Shown here in pieces: positions 7,390-16,053 of a DNA stretch of 64,000 nt. How positions within the stretch are numbered: position 1 is the stretch's first letter; each line of letters starts with the position of its first letter. Position numbers and translations under genes: made by a program. Below the pieces are notes generated by a model. It did not search any database, was not told the origin of the DNA, and worked only from the letters and a program-made list of their open reading frames with translations. Source of the DNA: a virus; IMG/VR virus record IMGVR_UViG_3300032322_001517, positions 41,665 to 105,664 of that record. The stretch is one strand, 5' to 3'.

Positions 7390-7418
7390 AGTATAACTTA
7401 CATACTATAATTTGGCAA
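7390..7418 (-). promoter_or_regulatory. Promoter TTGCCA-N17-TATACT upstream of gp45
   Basis: Sigma70-like boxes in the intergenic gap. Confidence 0.55.
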
Positions 7419-8273
7419 TTACTTTTTGCCCTTCTTAAGAGCAGTGGGATCAGCTGTTGCTGCAGCCCCAATAGTCGCAAGATCAGCGAGCGAACCACCG
7501 AAGATGTAAGTACCAACATGCTGCATCTTCATCCATGGGCAGAACCATGTCTTCAAACCAATTTCCTGCGCCTTCTGACAGAACCAATAATCCTCAGAAA
7601 GATAACGCTTAGAAGCAGGATCGACTTCAGCCTGGAAGTACATCATAATTTCGCGAGAACCATCGAAATGTTCAGTACGAACATGGTCTGGCTTATAGTT
7701 ATACTGAGGATAGCTATCATTGAACTTCTTCATAGCTTCCTTGCTTACCATCATGAAACCTGTACCAATCTCAAGTACTTCGCATGGCTCGCTGATCTGA
7801 ATGCTCTGTTGACCACCCTTGGGATTAAAGACATAATCGCCAACAAACTTTTCAAGAACGTTAGGATCTTCGTCAGCAACGCCCTTATCTACAGCTTGCT
7901 TGATCTTTTCCCAACTGATACACTTCTTAGGATATGGACCACCAATGATGTCATACTTTTCAGTTTCTATTGTCTGCAAAGCCATCAATGCAATAACATC
8001 TTGAGGATTAAACCCAATGTCTGAGTCAATAAACATAAGATGCTGTGCGTCTGAACGCATAAACTCATCACAACAATAGTTTCTTGCACGAGTAATCAAA
8101 GATTCGTTGAACAAGAAATACATCTGAAGTGGGATGCCATAATTGGCACAAAGAGCTGAAAGGTCTGCTACAGAACGAGCAAACATACCAGCGCATTGCC
8201 CGCCATACATAGGCGTAGCAATAAATAACTTTCTTTCGCGAAGCTGTTCAATCGGGATTTGAATTTCCATCAT
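7419..8273 (-). CDS. Putative GT-A fold glycosyltransferase
   Basis: LFIATPMYGG, ESLITRARN, FIDSD (DxD), GTGFM, LSEDYWFC. Confidence 0.75.
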   Translation of the reverse strand: MMEIQIPIEQLRERKLFIATPMYGGQCAGMFARSVADLSALCANYGIPLQMYFLFNESLITRARNYCCDEFMRSDAQHLMFIDSDIGFNPQDVIALMALQTIETEKYDIIGGPYPKKCISWEKIKQAVDKGVADEDPNVLEKFVGDYVFNPKGGQQSIQISEPCEVLEIGTGFMMVSKEAMKKFNDSYPQYNYKPDHVRTEHFDGSREIMMYFQAEVDPASKRYLSEDYWFCQKAQEIGLKTWFCPWMKMQHVGTYIFGGSLADLATIGAAATADPTALKKGKK

Positions 8274-8593
8274 TTACCATCCTTATAATGATCTACGTAT
8301 AAACACATCAATACATAATGTATTGTTTTCATAAGATCGTCTTTATTAGAGCCGTTCTTTTTTCCGTAACGCCAAAGATATTTTAATGCAGTATTTCTAA
8401 AGGTAGGAGTAGAATCACCAAGAGCAATCCAAGCATCAAAACATTCAATTGACTGTTGTTCAGTCTTATAATGCTGACTATAAGTCTTATCGATATAAGA
8501 TTTGAAGTCGGCTATAATACGATCTTCAGCATATTTATATTCTATTTCTTCCTTCTTGTATGTGTTTTGGTGTACTAAGGAAAAATCTTTCAT
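8270..8593 (-). CDS. DUF3310-like protein
   Basis: HY...IECFD...KYLWRYGKK...DDLMKTIHY pattern. Confidence 0.7.
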   Translation of the reverse strand: MKDFSLVHQNTYKKEEIEYKYAEDRIIADFKSYIDKTYSQHYKTEQQSIECFDAWIALGDSTPTFRNTALKYLWRYGKKNGSNKDDLMKTIHYVLMCLYVDHYKDGK

Positions 8594-8603
8594 TATGAAC
8601 CTC

Positions 8604-9392
8604 TTAAAAAAATGAATCCAATGTCGCTCCAATTTGTTTACTATTATCCTTTAATCTAAGCTCAGCCATACCAGTTGTTTCGCGTATGTACATGGTGCAG
8701 TAATCTGGAAACATCTCAGCAATTTTACTGATAGATTCATGAACATATTCTTTGGTTCTAATTGTTTGAAGACCACCATCTTCCTTGTAGTAATTTGACT
8801 TTACAGTATAGTCATCAAATCGAACAACAGCACCGTTACGAATATACTGACGAATAGAATATTCATAATCTTCACCATGATTAGTTACGCGAGCAAGGTC
8901 ATCATGATGTTCGACAATAACACCAAACATCGAAGCAATGATATAGCAGAGCTTAGTATAAACTCTTTCCTTCATAAAGTATGCATTGGCAGCAGCGTAA
9001 ATACCAAATGTTTTAGCGCCTACCTTTTCGCACTCTTCAAAGCCACGAAGAATAATTTCCTTCTCAAGGTCATCAACACGACCCAACTTCTGTTCGCTGA
9101 TTTTCTTTTGAACCTCTTCAACGTCATCATCAAACATCATAAGGTAAGTACCTTCTGGGTAATACCTTTCAATGAAGTTACGTTGAGCGCCAATAGTAGG
9201 AACACCAACTACAATGTTTTGGTAGGGAGTATCCTTAAGAGAAAACTTGTATGCTTCATATTCGTTTTCATCAGCAACAAATATGGTGATCTTTGAAGGT
9301 TCTATATTGTAGCTTTCTAGAACCTTCAAAGTTTTCTTTTTAATTGTTTCAGGTCGCTTATATGAAGGAATCGCGATCTCATAATTAATCAT
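8604..9392 (-). CDS. TET-associated glycosyltransferase (TAGT-like, GT-A fold)
   Basis: IAIPSYKR, QRNFI, MMFDDD, GEDYE, GGLQ motifs; stop/start overlap with the TET/JBP gene. Confidence 0.8.
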   Translation of the reverse strand: MINYEIAIPSYKRPETIKKKTLKVLESYNIEPSKITIFVADENEYEAYKFSLKDTPYQNIVVGVPTIGAQRNFIERYYPEGTYLMMFDDDVEEVQKKISEQKLGRVDDLEKEIILRGFEECEKVGAKTFGIYAAANAYFMKERVYTKLCYIIASMFGVIVEHHDDLARVTNHGEDYEYSIRQYIRNGAVVRFDDYTVKSNYYKEDGGLQTIRTKEYVHESISKIAEMFPDYCTMYIRETTGMAELRLKDNSKQIGATLDSFF

Positions 9393-10699
9393 GCAAAAAA
9401 GCTCTCCAAATTAACTGTTTTATTTTTACCGTATGGATCCTTCATATCATGCTTATGAAGGTAATCATACCATTCCTGATCTTCCCACATTCCTGGAGAA
9501 ACACCATTCCACAGATTACGCTGAAGAGGATGATCCTTATTCAAGCGGCGCTCATCAACATACTGCTTGCGGAGATTTTCATATTCCCAAGACTGGAGTT
9601 CAAGCATCTTTTCGCGGAAGTATGCAACAATAGTCATACGGTCGTTATCATCACCTAGAAGAGCATCATTACCATGAATACCACCATGGTTATTTACAAG
9701 CAACATGTCTCCAGGTTGGATATTGATTGCGATACGATACTCAGGAAGAATAAACTCACCACCTCGCCAACCCTTACCGTCGGGTCCAGTTACACCACAG
9801 ATGTTAGAGAAACCTTCGTGAAGGTCGCCAGCATCTCGGTGACAGGCAGTACGCCAGTTGTGATTAACTGTAAGGGTAGTAAAAACAGTATCCGAAATAC
9901 GGAAACGATGATCAAGTTGTTGAGCAGCGTTGTTTTGCTTAGCCCAACGATTAGGAAGAAGTTCCTTGAACTGCTGATCCAACTTGCGCAGATAAGGATA
10001 CGAAAGCGCAAACTTCTCAAGGTTCTTTTCAGTATAAGAAGTTGCACGTCCATAAGGAATGCGAGGATAACGATCAAAGTAACCAGCGATGCCAGACATA
10101 ACGGACTGAGCGTAATTAGTTTCAGAAATGTAATTCTTAGCTACATACTCAGCTTCTTTACGCTGTTCTTCGCGTGTCATATTACCTAGACCATCAACCC
10201 ACTTGTCGAACCAACCGTGGTATTCAGGATACTTCTTGGTAACTTCTGAACGAAGCCATACTTGACCGCGAGTTTCTTCTTTCTTTGAAGATGCCTGGTG
10301 ACGAGCACGAATTGAGTCAATGCTATCATCTTCAACAATAGCATTCTCAGGTCTTAGAAGAAAATCGAGTATGTCAATATGATATTCCGTAACCCAATCT
10401 CTACCGCCGCGACCATTAGCGCCAAGCATATCGCCACGTGGTCCTGCAGCCAACCCGCGATTTTGTGACTCAACAGCAGCTTCTCGTAAACCAGCATACG
10501 CAGCATCTTGCTCTTCCTTTGTAAAAACATTTTTTCTATACTTAAAAATTATGTTTTCTTCAGAGATAGATCCATCAAGCGACTCAGCATACAAGTCACA
10601 ATCTTCGTTGATTACACGATCAGCGTAATCCTTAACTGTGATGAAAGCACCAAGAGTTTCTTCTGAATCAATTTTTTTTCTAACTATAATTTCTACCAT
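9389..10699 (-). CDS. TET/JBP-family 2-oxoglutarate/Fe(II) dioxygenase
   Basis: FTTLTVNHN.RTACHRD.GD (HxD), GGEFILPEY, GDMLL, IHGN (distal His), RMTIVAYFRE (2OG-binding Arg). Confidence 0.88.
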   Translation of the reverse strand: MVEIIVRKKIDSEETLGAFITVKDYADRVINEDCDLYAESLDGSISEENIIFKYRKNVFTKEEQDAAYAGLREAAVESQNRGLAAGPRGDMLGANGRGGRDWVTEYHIDILDFLLRPENAIVEDDSIDSIRARHQASSKKEETRGQVWLRSEVTKKYPEYHGWFDKWVDGLGNMTREEQRKEAEYVAKNYISETNYAQSVMSGIAGYFDRYPRIPYGRATSYTEKNLEKFALSYPYLRKLDQQFKELLPNRWAKQNNAAQQLDHRFRISDTVFTTLTVNHNWRTACHRDAGDLHEGFSNICGVTGPDGKGWRGGEFILPEYRIAINIQPGDMLLVNNHGGIHGNDALLGDDNDRMTIVAYFREKMLELQSWEYENLRKQYVDERRLNKDHPLQRNLWNGVSPGMWEDQEWYDYLHKHDMKDPYGKNKTVNLESFFA

Positions 10700-10745
10700 A
10701 TTACGCTCCTGTTGTTAGTGAATTACCATAGTATATATGCAACAA

Positions 10746-11156
10746 TTATAGCGTAATTATGTCATTAATCAAATTTTCTCTTTCATTTTGCAAAATTTTT
10801 GCAACATTCGGTGGTTGCCACCCAGCTGGCTTGAGGATTTTGCCATCTTCACGACGGAGAGGTTTACCATCCACCAACTTTGCCATGTTAGAATTATGAA
10901 CTTCTTCGAAAACCTTATCAAGGGGAATACCATAAGACACAGCTGTACCACAAGCAATGTAAATAATATCTGCTAGCGCATCAGCGATCTCAACGAGATC
11001 GTTGTTATGCTCTGCATCCTTGTATTCTGTAAATTCTTCAGTTAGAAGCTTGACTCTCAATGCTCTCTCAGCCTCGCCAGGAAGCTCAGGAAGCCTTCCT
11101 ACACGCTGACCGAAAGAACGATGAAAGTCCATTACATCTCTATACCAATTACTCAT
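10746..11156 (-). CDS. MazG-like / PRA-PH-like all-alpha NTP pyrophosphohydrolase
   Basis: V.DFH..FG, LLTEEF.E, ADALAD..Y, EVHNSNMAK, REDGKILKP. Confidence 0.88.
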   Translation of the reverse strand: MSNWYRDVMDFHRSFGQRVGRLPELPGEAERALRVKLLTEEFTEYKDAEHNNDLVEIADALADIIYIACGTAVSYGIPLDKVFEEVHNSNMAKLVDGKPLRREDGKILKPAGWQPPNVAKILQNERENLINDIITL

Positions 11157-11688
11157 TAATCCACTCCGGAGGTTGACGGTTAGTCCACTTATGCATGGAA
11201 ACTTTACCTAGTCTATAATAATTACGATAGTTTGTCAATGGGTCATTAGAAACTTTGTACTCGTCTGCCATAGCGGAAGGCATTGGTGTTGCCTCGTATC
11301 GCTTGAGATTATTTGGCGGAGATTGAAGCATATAAGAAAGCTCGCCGTAACACTTATGTTCTTTGTTGTAACGATAAGTGTATTCTGCCATCAGTGCATA
11401 AAAGTGATCAGTAAGCCAATTGTAATTCTCAACTGACTCACGGCACCAAACAGCTGAAGGATGATTGATGTGCGTTGCTTGATACACAACAGGGTCGCGT
11501 GCATCATCAAGAATCCAACGGCGAGCTTTACGCCCAGTCTTAGACTTACCTTCTACTTCACGACCATCGAGCAAGCGATGAGCAGTAGAAAGAAGTTGTG
11601 CTGACTCGAGGATCATTTTGACAACATGCTTGTCAACCATCCACTGAGCAGCTTGCGCTGGGTCTTTATCGATGTAGAAGATATTCAT
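11149..11688 (-). CDS. Pyrimidine-dimer DNA glycosylase family (DenV-like) protein
   Basis: MNIFY.D..P..AA....DKHVVKMILESAQLLST, THINHPS..W. Confidence 0.8.
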   Translation of the reverse strand: MNIFYIDKDPAQAAQWMVDKHVVKMILESAQLLSTAHRLLDGREVEGKSKTGRKARRWILDDARDPVVYQATHINHPSAVWCRESVENYNWLTDHFYALMAEYTYRYNKEHKCYGELSYMLQSPPNNLKRYEATPMPSAMADEYKVSNDPLTNYRNYYRLGKVSMHKWTNRQPPEWINE

Positions 11689-12205
11689 ATGAGCCCAAAT
11701 TAGATTTGATGTTGATCGAAGATTTAATACCTCGACGCCATTTGTCTAGTGCTTTATCACGATGAACGCGATTAGCTTTGTTGAAAAATATAACGCCGTC
11801 TAGATGATCTAGCTCATGCTGGAAAATACGAGCTGACATACCAGTAAACTGCTTAGTCAAGGTATCTCCATTAGGAGTTTGGAATCTTACTCTTACATGT
11901 TGAGAACGTTTAATTTTAACGTATAAACCTGGATAAGTCAAGCACCCTTCTTCAAGGACTACCTCAGCCTCTGAGGGCTGAACAATTTTCGGATTGAAAC
12001 AAACAAAGTTCTCAGGAGCAGCACGCATAGCAAAAATACGATATGGCACTCCCACTTGATTGGCAGCAAGACCGATACCGTTGTTATCATACATACACTT
12101 AACCAACTCCTTAGAAAAGTCAATGGGATCAAAAGGAGGATGTGAAAAATCAAAATGCTTGCAAGGATTAGTAAGTATAGGATCGTCATTCTTCACTAAA
12201 TTCAT
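11666..12205 (-). CDS. def: Peptide deformylase
   Basis: GIGLAANQVG, EGCLT, QHELDHLDG motifs. Confidence 0.95.
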   Translation of the reverse strand: MNLVKNDDPILTNPCKHFDFSHPPFDPIDFSKELVKCMYDNNGIGLAANQVGVPYRIFAMRAAPENFVCFNPKIVQPSEAEVVLEEGCLTYPGLYVKIKRSQHVRVRFQTPNGDTLTKQFTGMSARIFQHELDHLDGVIFFNKANRVHRDKALDKWRRGIKSSINIKSNLGSYEYLLHR

Positions 12206-12371
12206 TTTTCTTATCCGTTAATGTGTAGGTTCCATTTTTGTTATCAATCCAAAAAAGATCTGTTCCTTCTGCCCACCCCATTTGAGAAAGCAGATCAACA
12301 GGAATAGGAAGAATCAATTCTCCAGTTTCAATATCTTCTTGAACTTCTACCGTATATGTATTTGCTACCAA
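12186..12371 (-). CDS. AbrB/MazE-like small protein
   Basis: GELILPIP..LL...GW.EG..L swapped-hairpin pattern. Confidence 0.65.
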   Translation of the reverse strand: MVANTYTVEVQEDIETGELILPIPVDLLSQMGWAEGTDLFWIDNKNGTYTLTDKKNEFSEE

Positions 12372-12514
12372 TGTCTTATAACTCCAGCTATGATAAACAA
12401 GTTAGTTATAATATAACAAAATACTATTAGAGTTCTAATCAAAGCAATTTTATCTGCTTCTTTATCGTTTACACCTGCTTTTTCACCAAGAGCTTTAGAC
12501 CAAAGACGCCACAT
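12365..12514 (-). CDS. 49-aa membrane protein (not in the ORF track)
   Basis: MWRLWSKALGEKAGVNDKEADKIALIRTLIVFCYIITNLFIIAGVIRHW; ATG overlaps the gp46 stop; fills the gap exactly. Confidence 0.8.
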   Translation of the reverse strand: MWRLWSKALGEKAGVNDKEADKIALIRTLIVFCYIITNLFIIAGVIRHW

Positions 12515-14220
12515 TACAATATCCTAGAAAAGTTTTTATGTTTTCCAAACTTGATGACCTTCTCGAACTTGTCATAAAGCTGATCTGTTTTATGAGATAT
12601 AATAAACGTATTTGTATCAGAAGTCAACTCATTTATTATCTTGAGGAATTCCTCTGTGCCATTAGAATCCAGAGATGAATCAAAGACCTCGTCCATAATA
12701 AGAATGTTAGTATTGATAGAGTTACGTAGCTTGGCGAGAGAACGCCAAGTGAAAAGAATGGCAAGATTAATACGCATCTTTTCGCCTTCTGAGAAAGAAG
12801 CATACGAAAATTCATCTCTATACCTCGACTTAATTGTTTCGTTGAACTCTTCATCAAGTTCGAACTGACACATAAACTCCATAGAAGAAAGATACTTGTT
12901 GATTAGCTTGTTGATGATAGGAATATACTGCTTGATGATACGAGCTTTAATACCACCATCTTTCAGCAATGAAGAAGTAACATTCAATAAGTTTTTATCT
13001 TCAGAAAGTTCATTGAACTCTGCTTCTATTTGCCTCAACTCTTTTTCTAATTCAGGTATCTTGTTATCTTCTTTAACAGAGTCTGACTTACCAAGAGTTT
13101 TTAACTCTTCCTCTAGTCTATCTCTATATTCTATAACGGAAGATATTCTAGTTCTTACACTGTTTATCTCCATACGAATATCATTTATTTTGGATTGAGT
13201 TTCCAAAATTTGTTTTAGTTCACTGTTCTTTTCTTCGTATTGCTTAGTAAGCAGTTCTAAACCAGAGTTGTATTCTTCAATTTGTTTATTTTTTGTGTCA
13301 ATAGTTTCGCACTTGAACTCTTCATTTATTTCTTGCTTACAGGTTGGACAGTTGTCATGTTTTTCAAAAAACGTAACTTCTTTTTTAACCAATACCAAGT
13401 TAGCTTCTATTTGATGCCTTAACTTAGAAAGTTTTTGTAGCATTTTAGAAACACATTCAGAATCAGGAATGTTTTCTATTAAATCTTTTCTTTCGTTTTC
13501 TAACTTCCAATAATCCTTATTAAGTTGATCAATTTTTTTATTCGTGTCTTGAATCAACTCTTTCTTTTCATTAATCAGCTGATCTGTATTGTTCTGAAGT
13601 TGCTTAAGATGATCTTTGATAAAATCAATTTTTTCTTGAGTTACTTTTTTCTTCGTTTGAATTTCAAAAAGTTTTTCAGTATTATTAAGCAATTTATTTT
13701 TAAGAATAGAGTTCATCGTAGTAAAGATTTGAAGGTCAAGAAGATCTTCAATAATTTCTCTACGCTGACCAGCAGACAACTGCATAAAAGGTTGGAACGT
13801 AGCAGATCCAAGAACTACTACCTGACAAAAAGACTTATGGTTAATCTTAAGAATTTGCTTCTCAAGAATTTCTTGATAGTCTTTCATCTCCGCTGACTGA
13901 TTCATCAGCTTATCATCTTTGTAAACTTCAAAAACGTTGGGCTTCATACCACGAACAATTTTAAAGTTGTTCTTGGCGATAGAAAACTCAACTTCAACTA
14001 CAAGTTGTTTCTGAGTTATAGTATTAATAAGCTGTGGCTTGTTGATTTTACGAAACGCCTTGCCAAACAAAACAAATGACAATGCGTCAAGAATGGTAGA
14101 TTTACCTGCACCATTCTCACCAACAATCAAAGTTGTATTGTACTTGTTAAGTTCGATTTCAGTAAAAACATTACCAGTGGATAGTAAGTTTTTCCATCGC
14201 AGTTTCTTAAATAAAATCAT
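12514..14220 (-). CDS. 46: Recombination endonuclease ATPase subunit gp46 (Rad50/SbcC-like)
   Basis: GENGAGKST, CPTC zinc hook, FSEGEKMRI, MDEVFD, ISH. Confidence 0.97.
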   Translation of the reverse strand: MILFKKLRWKNLLSTGNVFTEIELNKYNTTLIVGENGAGKSTILDALSFVLFGKAFRKINKPQLINTITQKQLVVEVEFSIAKNNFKIVRGMKPNVFEVYKDDKLMNQSAEMKDYQEILEKQILKINHKSFCQVVVLGSATFQPFMQLSAGQRREIIEDLLDLQIFTTMNSILKNKLLNNTEKLFEIQTKKKVTQEKIDFIKDHLKQLQNNTDQLINEKKELIQDTNKKIDQLNKDYWKLENERKDLIENIPDSECVSKMLQKLSKLRHQIEANLVLVKKEVTFFEKHDNCPTCKQEINEEFKCETIDTKNKQIEEYNSGLELLTKQYEEKNSELKQILETQSKINDIRMEINSVRTRISSVIEYRDRLEEELKTLGKSDSVKEDNKIPELEKELRQIEAEFNELSEDKNLLNVTSSLLKDGGIKARIIKQYIPIINKLINKYLSSMEFMCQFELDEEFNETIKSRYRDEFSYASFSEGEKMRINLAILFTWRSLAKLRNSINTNILIMDEVFDSSLDSNGTEEFLKIINELTSDTNTFIISHKTDQLYDKFEKVIKFGKHKNFSRIL

Positions 14221-15281
14221 TCAACAGCCAATGCCTCATTATACAGATCTACAATTTTTCTAGAAAGTTTATCTTTGTTGACGTTTTTCAAATCGTAATT
14301 GTCAATATACTTTTTGAAAATATCAAGAGTCGATTCAGCTTCATTAATAATATCCATATCGTCTTCTAGATCTAGATTAAGATGATCTTCAACGATCTGA
14401 ATATCGATAGGGGTTTCGCTTTCAATATTTTCGATAAACTTATCGAACCAGTATGGATTAGTTTTATTTGTTACAATAACCTTCAGCAATGTATTTTTAA
14501 AACTAGAGTAATCTACATCAGCATTTAGGAAATTTTCGTCAACGTCATTATACCATACCTTCTTAAACATCTTATATGGATTTTCAATGAAAGTCAACTC
14601 ACGCGTTTCTGTATCCAAGATATGAAACCCTCTAGGATCATCATAATCAGACCAGGTAAACTCGCCATGAGAACCAAGATAGAAAATAGTACCATCAGTG
14701 GAACGGTGATGATAATGACCGCTAAGAACCATGTCAAAGCGCCCAAATAAAGAACGGTCACTGCCATGAGATACGATACTTCCGCGATACATTTCGAAAC
14801 CTTGTATCTCAAGGTGTCCTGCGCACACTGACGTATTAGCATTCTCAATCGCTGAAAGGATTTGTTTGTTGTTGTCATCACATATCCATGGAATAAAAAG
14901 AATAGGAAGGTTATCGAACGTTACTGTTTCAGCATAACGATCGTAGATATGAAACGGATACTTACCATAAACAAGTTCACGAAGTGCATTAATCTCATTC
15001 GTGTTTTTAAAGTAAGTATCATGATTACCAGCAATCAGATGAACCTCAAGGTTTCTACCTAAAAGTGGATCAAGGAAATCATTTTTTAAACGGTTCCCAG
15101 TATTGTAGTTAATATATTTACGCCTATCAACGAGATCCCCAAGGTGAACAACATTACGAATTCCATGTTTTTCCAAATAAGGAAAAAAAGTATTATCAAG
15201 GAACAACTTGCTGTTGTCAAGAAACGCCAAGTTATCATTACGAACTCCCCAATGAGTATCTGTTATCAGTGCAATTTTCAA
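14217..15281 (-). CDS. 47: Recombination endonuclease subunit gp47 (Mre11/SbcD-like)
   Basis: DTHWG, LGDLVDRR, GNHD, SGHYH. Confidence 0.97.
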   Translation of the reverse strand: MKIALITDTHWGVRNDNLAFLDNSKLFLDNTFFPYLEKHGIRNVVHLGDLVDRRKYINYNTGNRLKNDFLDPLLGRNLEVHLIAGNHDTYFKNTNEINALRELVYGKYPFHIYDRYAETVTFDNLPILFIPWICDDNNKQILSAIENANTSVCAGHLEIQGFEMYRGSIVSHGSDRSLFGRFDMVLSGHYHHRSTDGTIFYLGSHGEFTWSDYDDPRGFHILDTETRELTFIENPYKMFKKVWYNDVDENFLNADVDYSSFKNTLLKVIVTNKTNPYWFDKFIENIESETPIDIQIVEDHLNLDLEDDMDIINEAESTLDIFKKYIDNYDLKNVNKDKLSRKIVDLYNEALAVE

Positions 15282-15472
15282 CGCATAACTCTCGTGTTAG
15301 GTCTAGTAACTGGCTTGCTGGTGTTATGTTTGTTGATTACAACAGAACAATAATCTCTAATAGCTTCTAGTCTCAAAATATAGTTCATTTTTTCATTCTC
15401 ACGAACTGTTGGCGAGTTAGATTTTTCACCTATATCTAAAACTATAGGTGGAATCAAATGTTCATTTTTCAT
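15278..15472 (-). CDS. Hypothetical protein
   Basis: Overlap-coupled ORF between 55 and 47. Confidence 0.7.
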   Translation of the reverse strand: MKNEHLIPPIVLDIGEKSNSPTVRENEKMNYILRLEAIRDYCSVVINKHNTSKPVTRPNTRVMR

Positions 15473-15995
15473 TATTATCTCCTAAAAATTTTTCTATTCC
15501 AGATATTTTATCCTCTTTTTTTGGTTTAGTCAACTTATTTTCATAAGATCGAACTACCTCAGCAGAGTACTCATTAACTCCTATCTGAATATCATTATCG
15601 CCATTGAACAACTCGTTCATCAAATACAAGTTCTCAAAGTTTTTGTGTTTAATATAAGTCTGCTTCTTTTCCTTGTGGATCCTTCGGATGAAGGCATTCC
15701 ATGCGATCTGAGTAAAATAAGCAAAAGGGTTGTTGGTTTTATCTGGATTAAAGTTATCTACTGCAGCTATACAATCAATCATAGCATCAGAGATCATGTC
15801 TTCTTTGTATGTGTATCCAGAAAAGTTAGGCTTCTTGGCTAGATTGTTACAAATTAAAACAATAGATTCACCTATGTACCTAGGAACTTGTGGCTTCTTT
15901 TTATTTTTTTGTTCAGCTTCCCTAAGAGAGTTCTTATAATGAATCATAGCACCATAAAGAGTTTTGTTATTAATGTAATTATTAGTTCTTGCCAT
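15462..15995 (-). CDS. 55: Late-transcription sigma factor gp55
   Basis: YINNK, NFSGYTYKEDMISD, NPFAYFTQIAWNAFIRRI.KEKKQ. Confidence 0.96.
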   Translation of the reverse strand: MARTNNYINNKTLYGAMIHYKNSLREAEQKNKKKPQVPRYIGESIVLICNNLAKKPNFSGYTYKEDMISDAMIDCIAAVDNFNPDKTNNPFAYFTQIAWNAFIRRIHKEKKQTYIKHKNFENLYLMNELFNGDNDIQIGVNEYSAEVVRSYENKLTKPKKEDKISGIEKFLGDNNEK

Positions 15996-16053
15996 TTTAC
16001 TTTACCTTTTCAATTTTCATAGTATAATCACTTTGTGCCAATGATAATATATC

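Noticed and set aside
16001-16028. Plus-strand promoter-like TTTACC...TATAAT upstream of gp55
   Set aside because: No plus-strand gene follows, and the AT-rich context makes a chance match likely.
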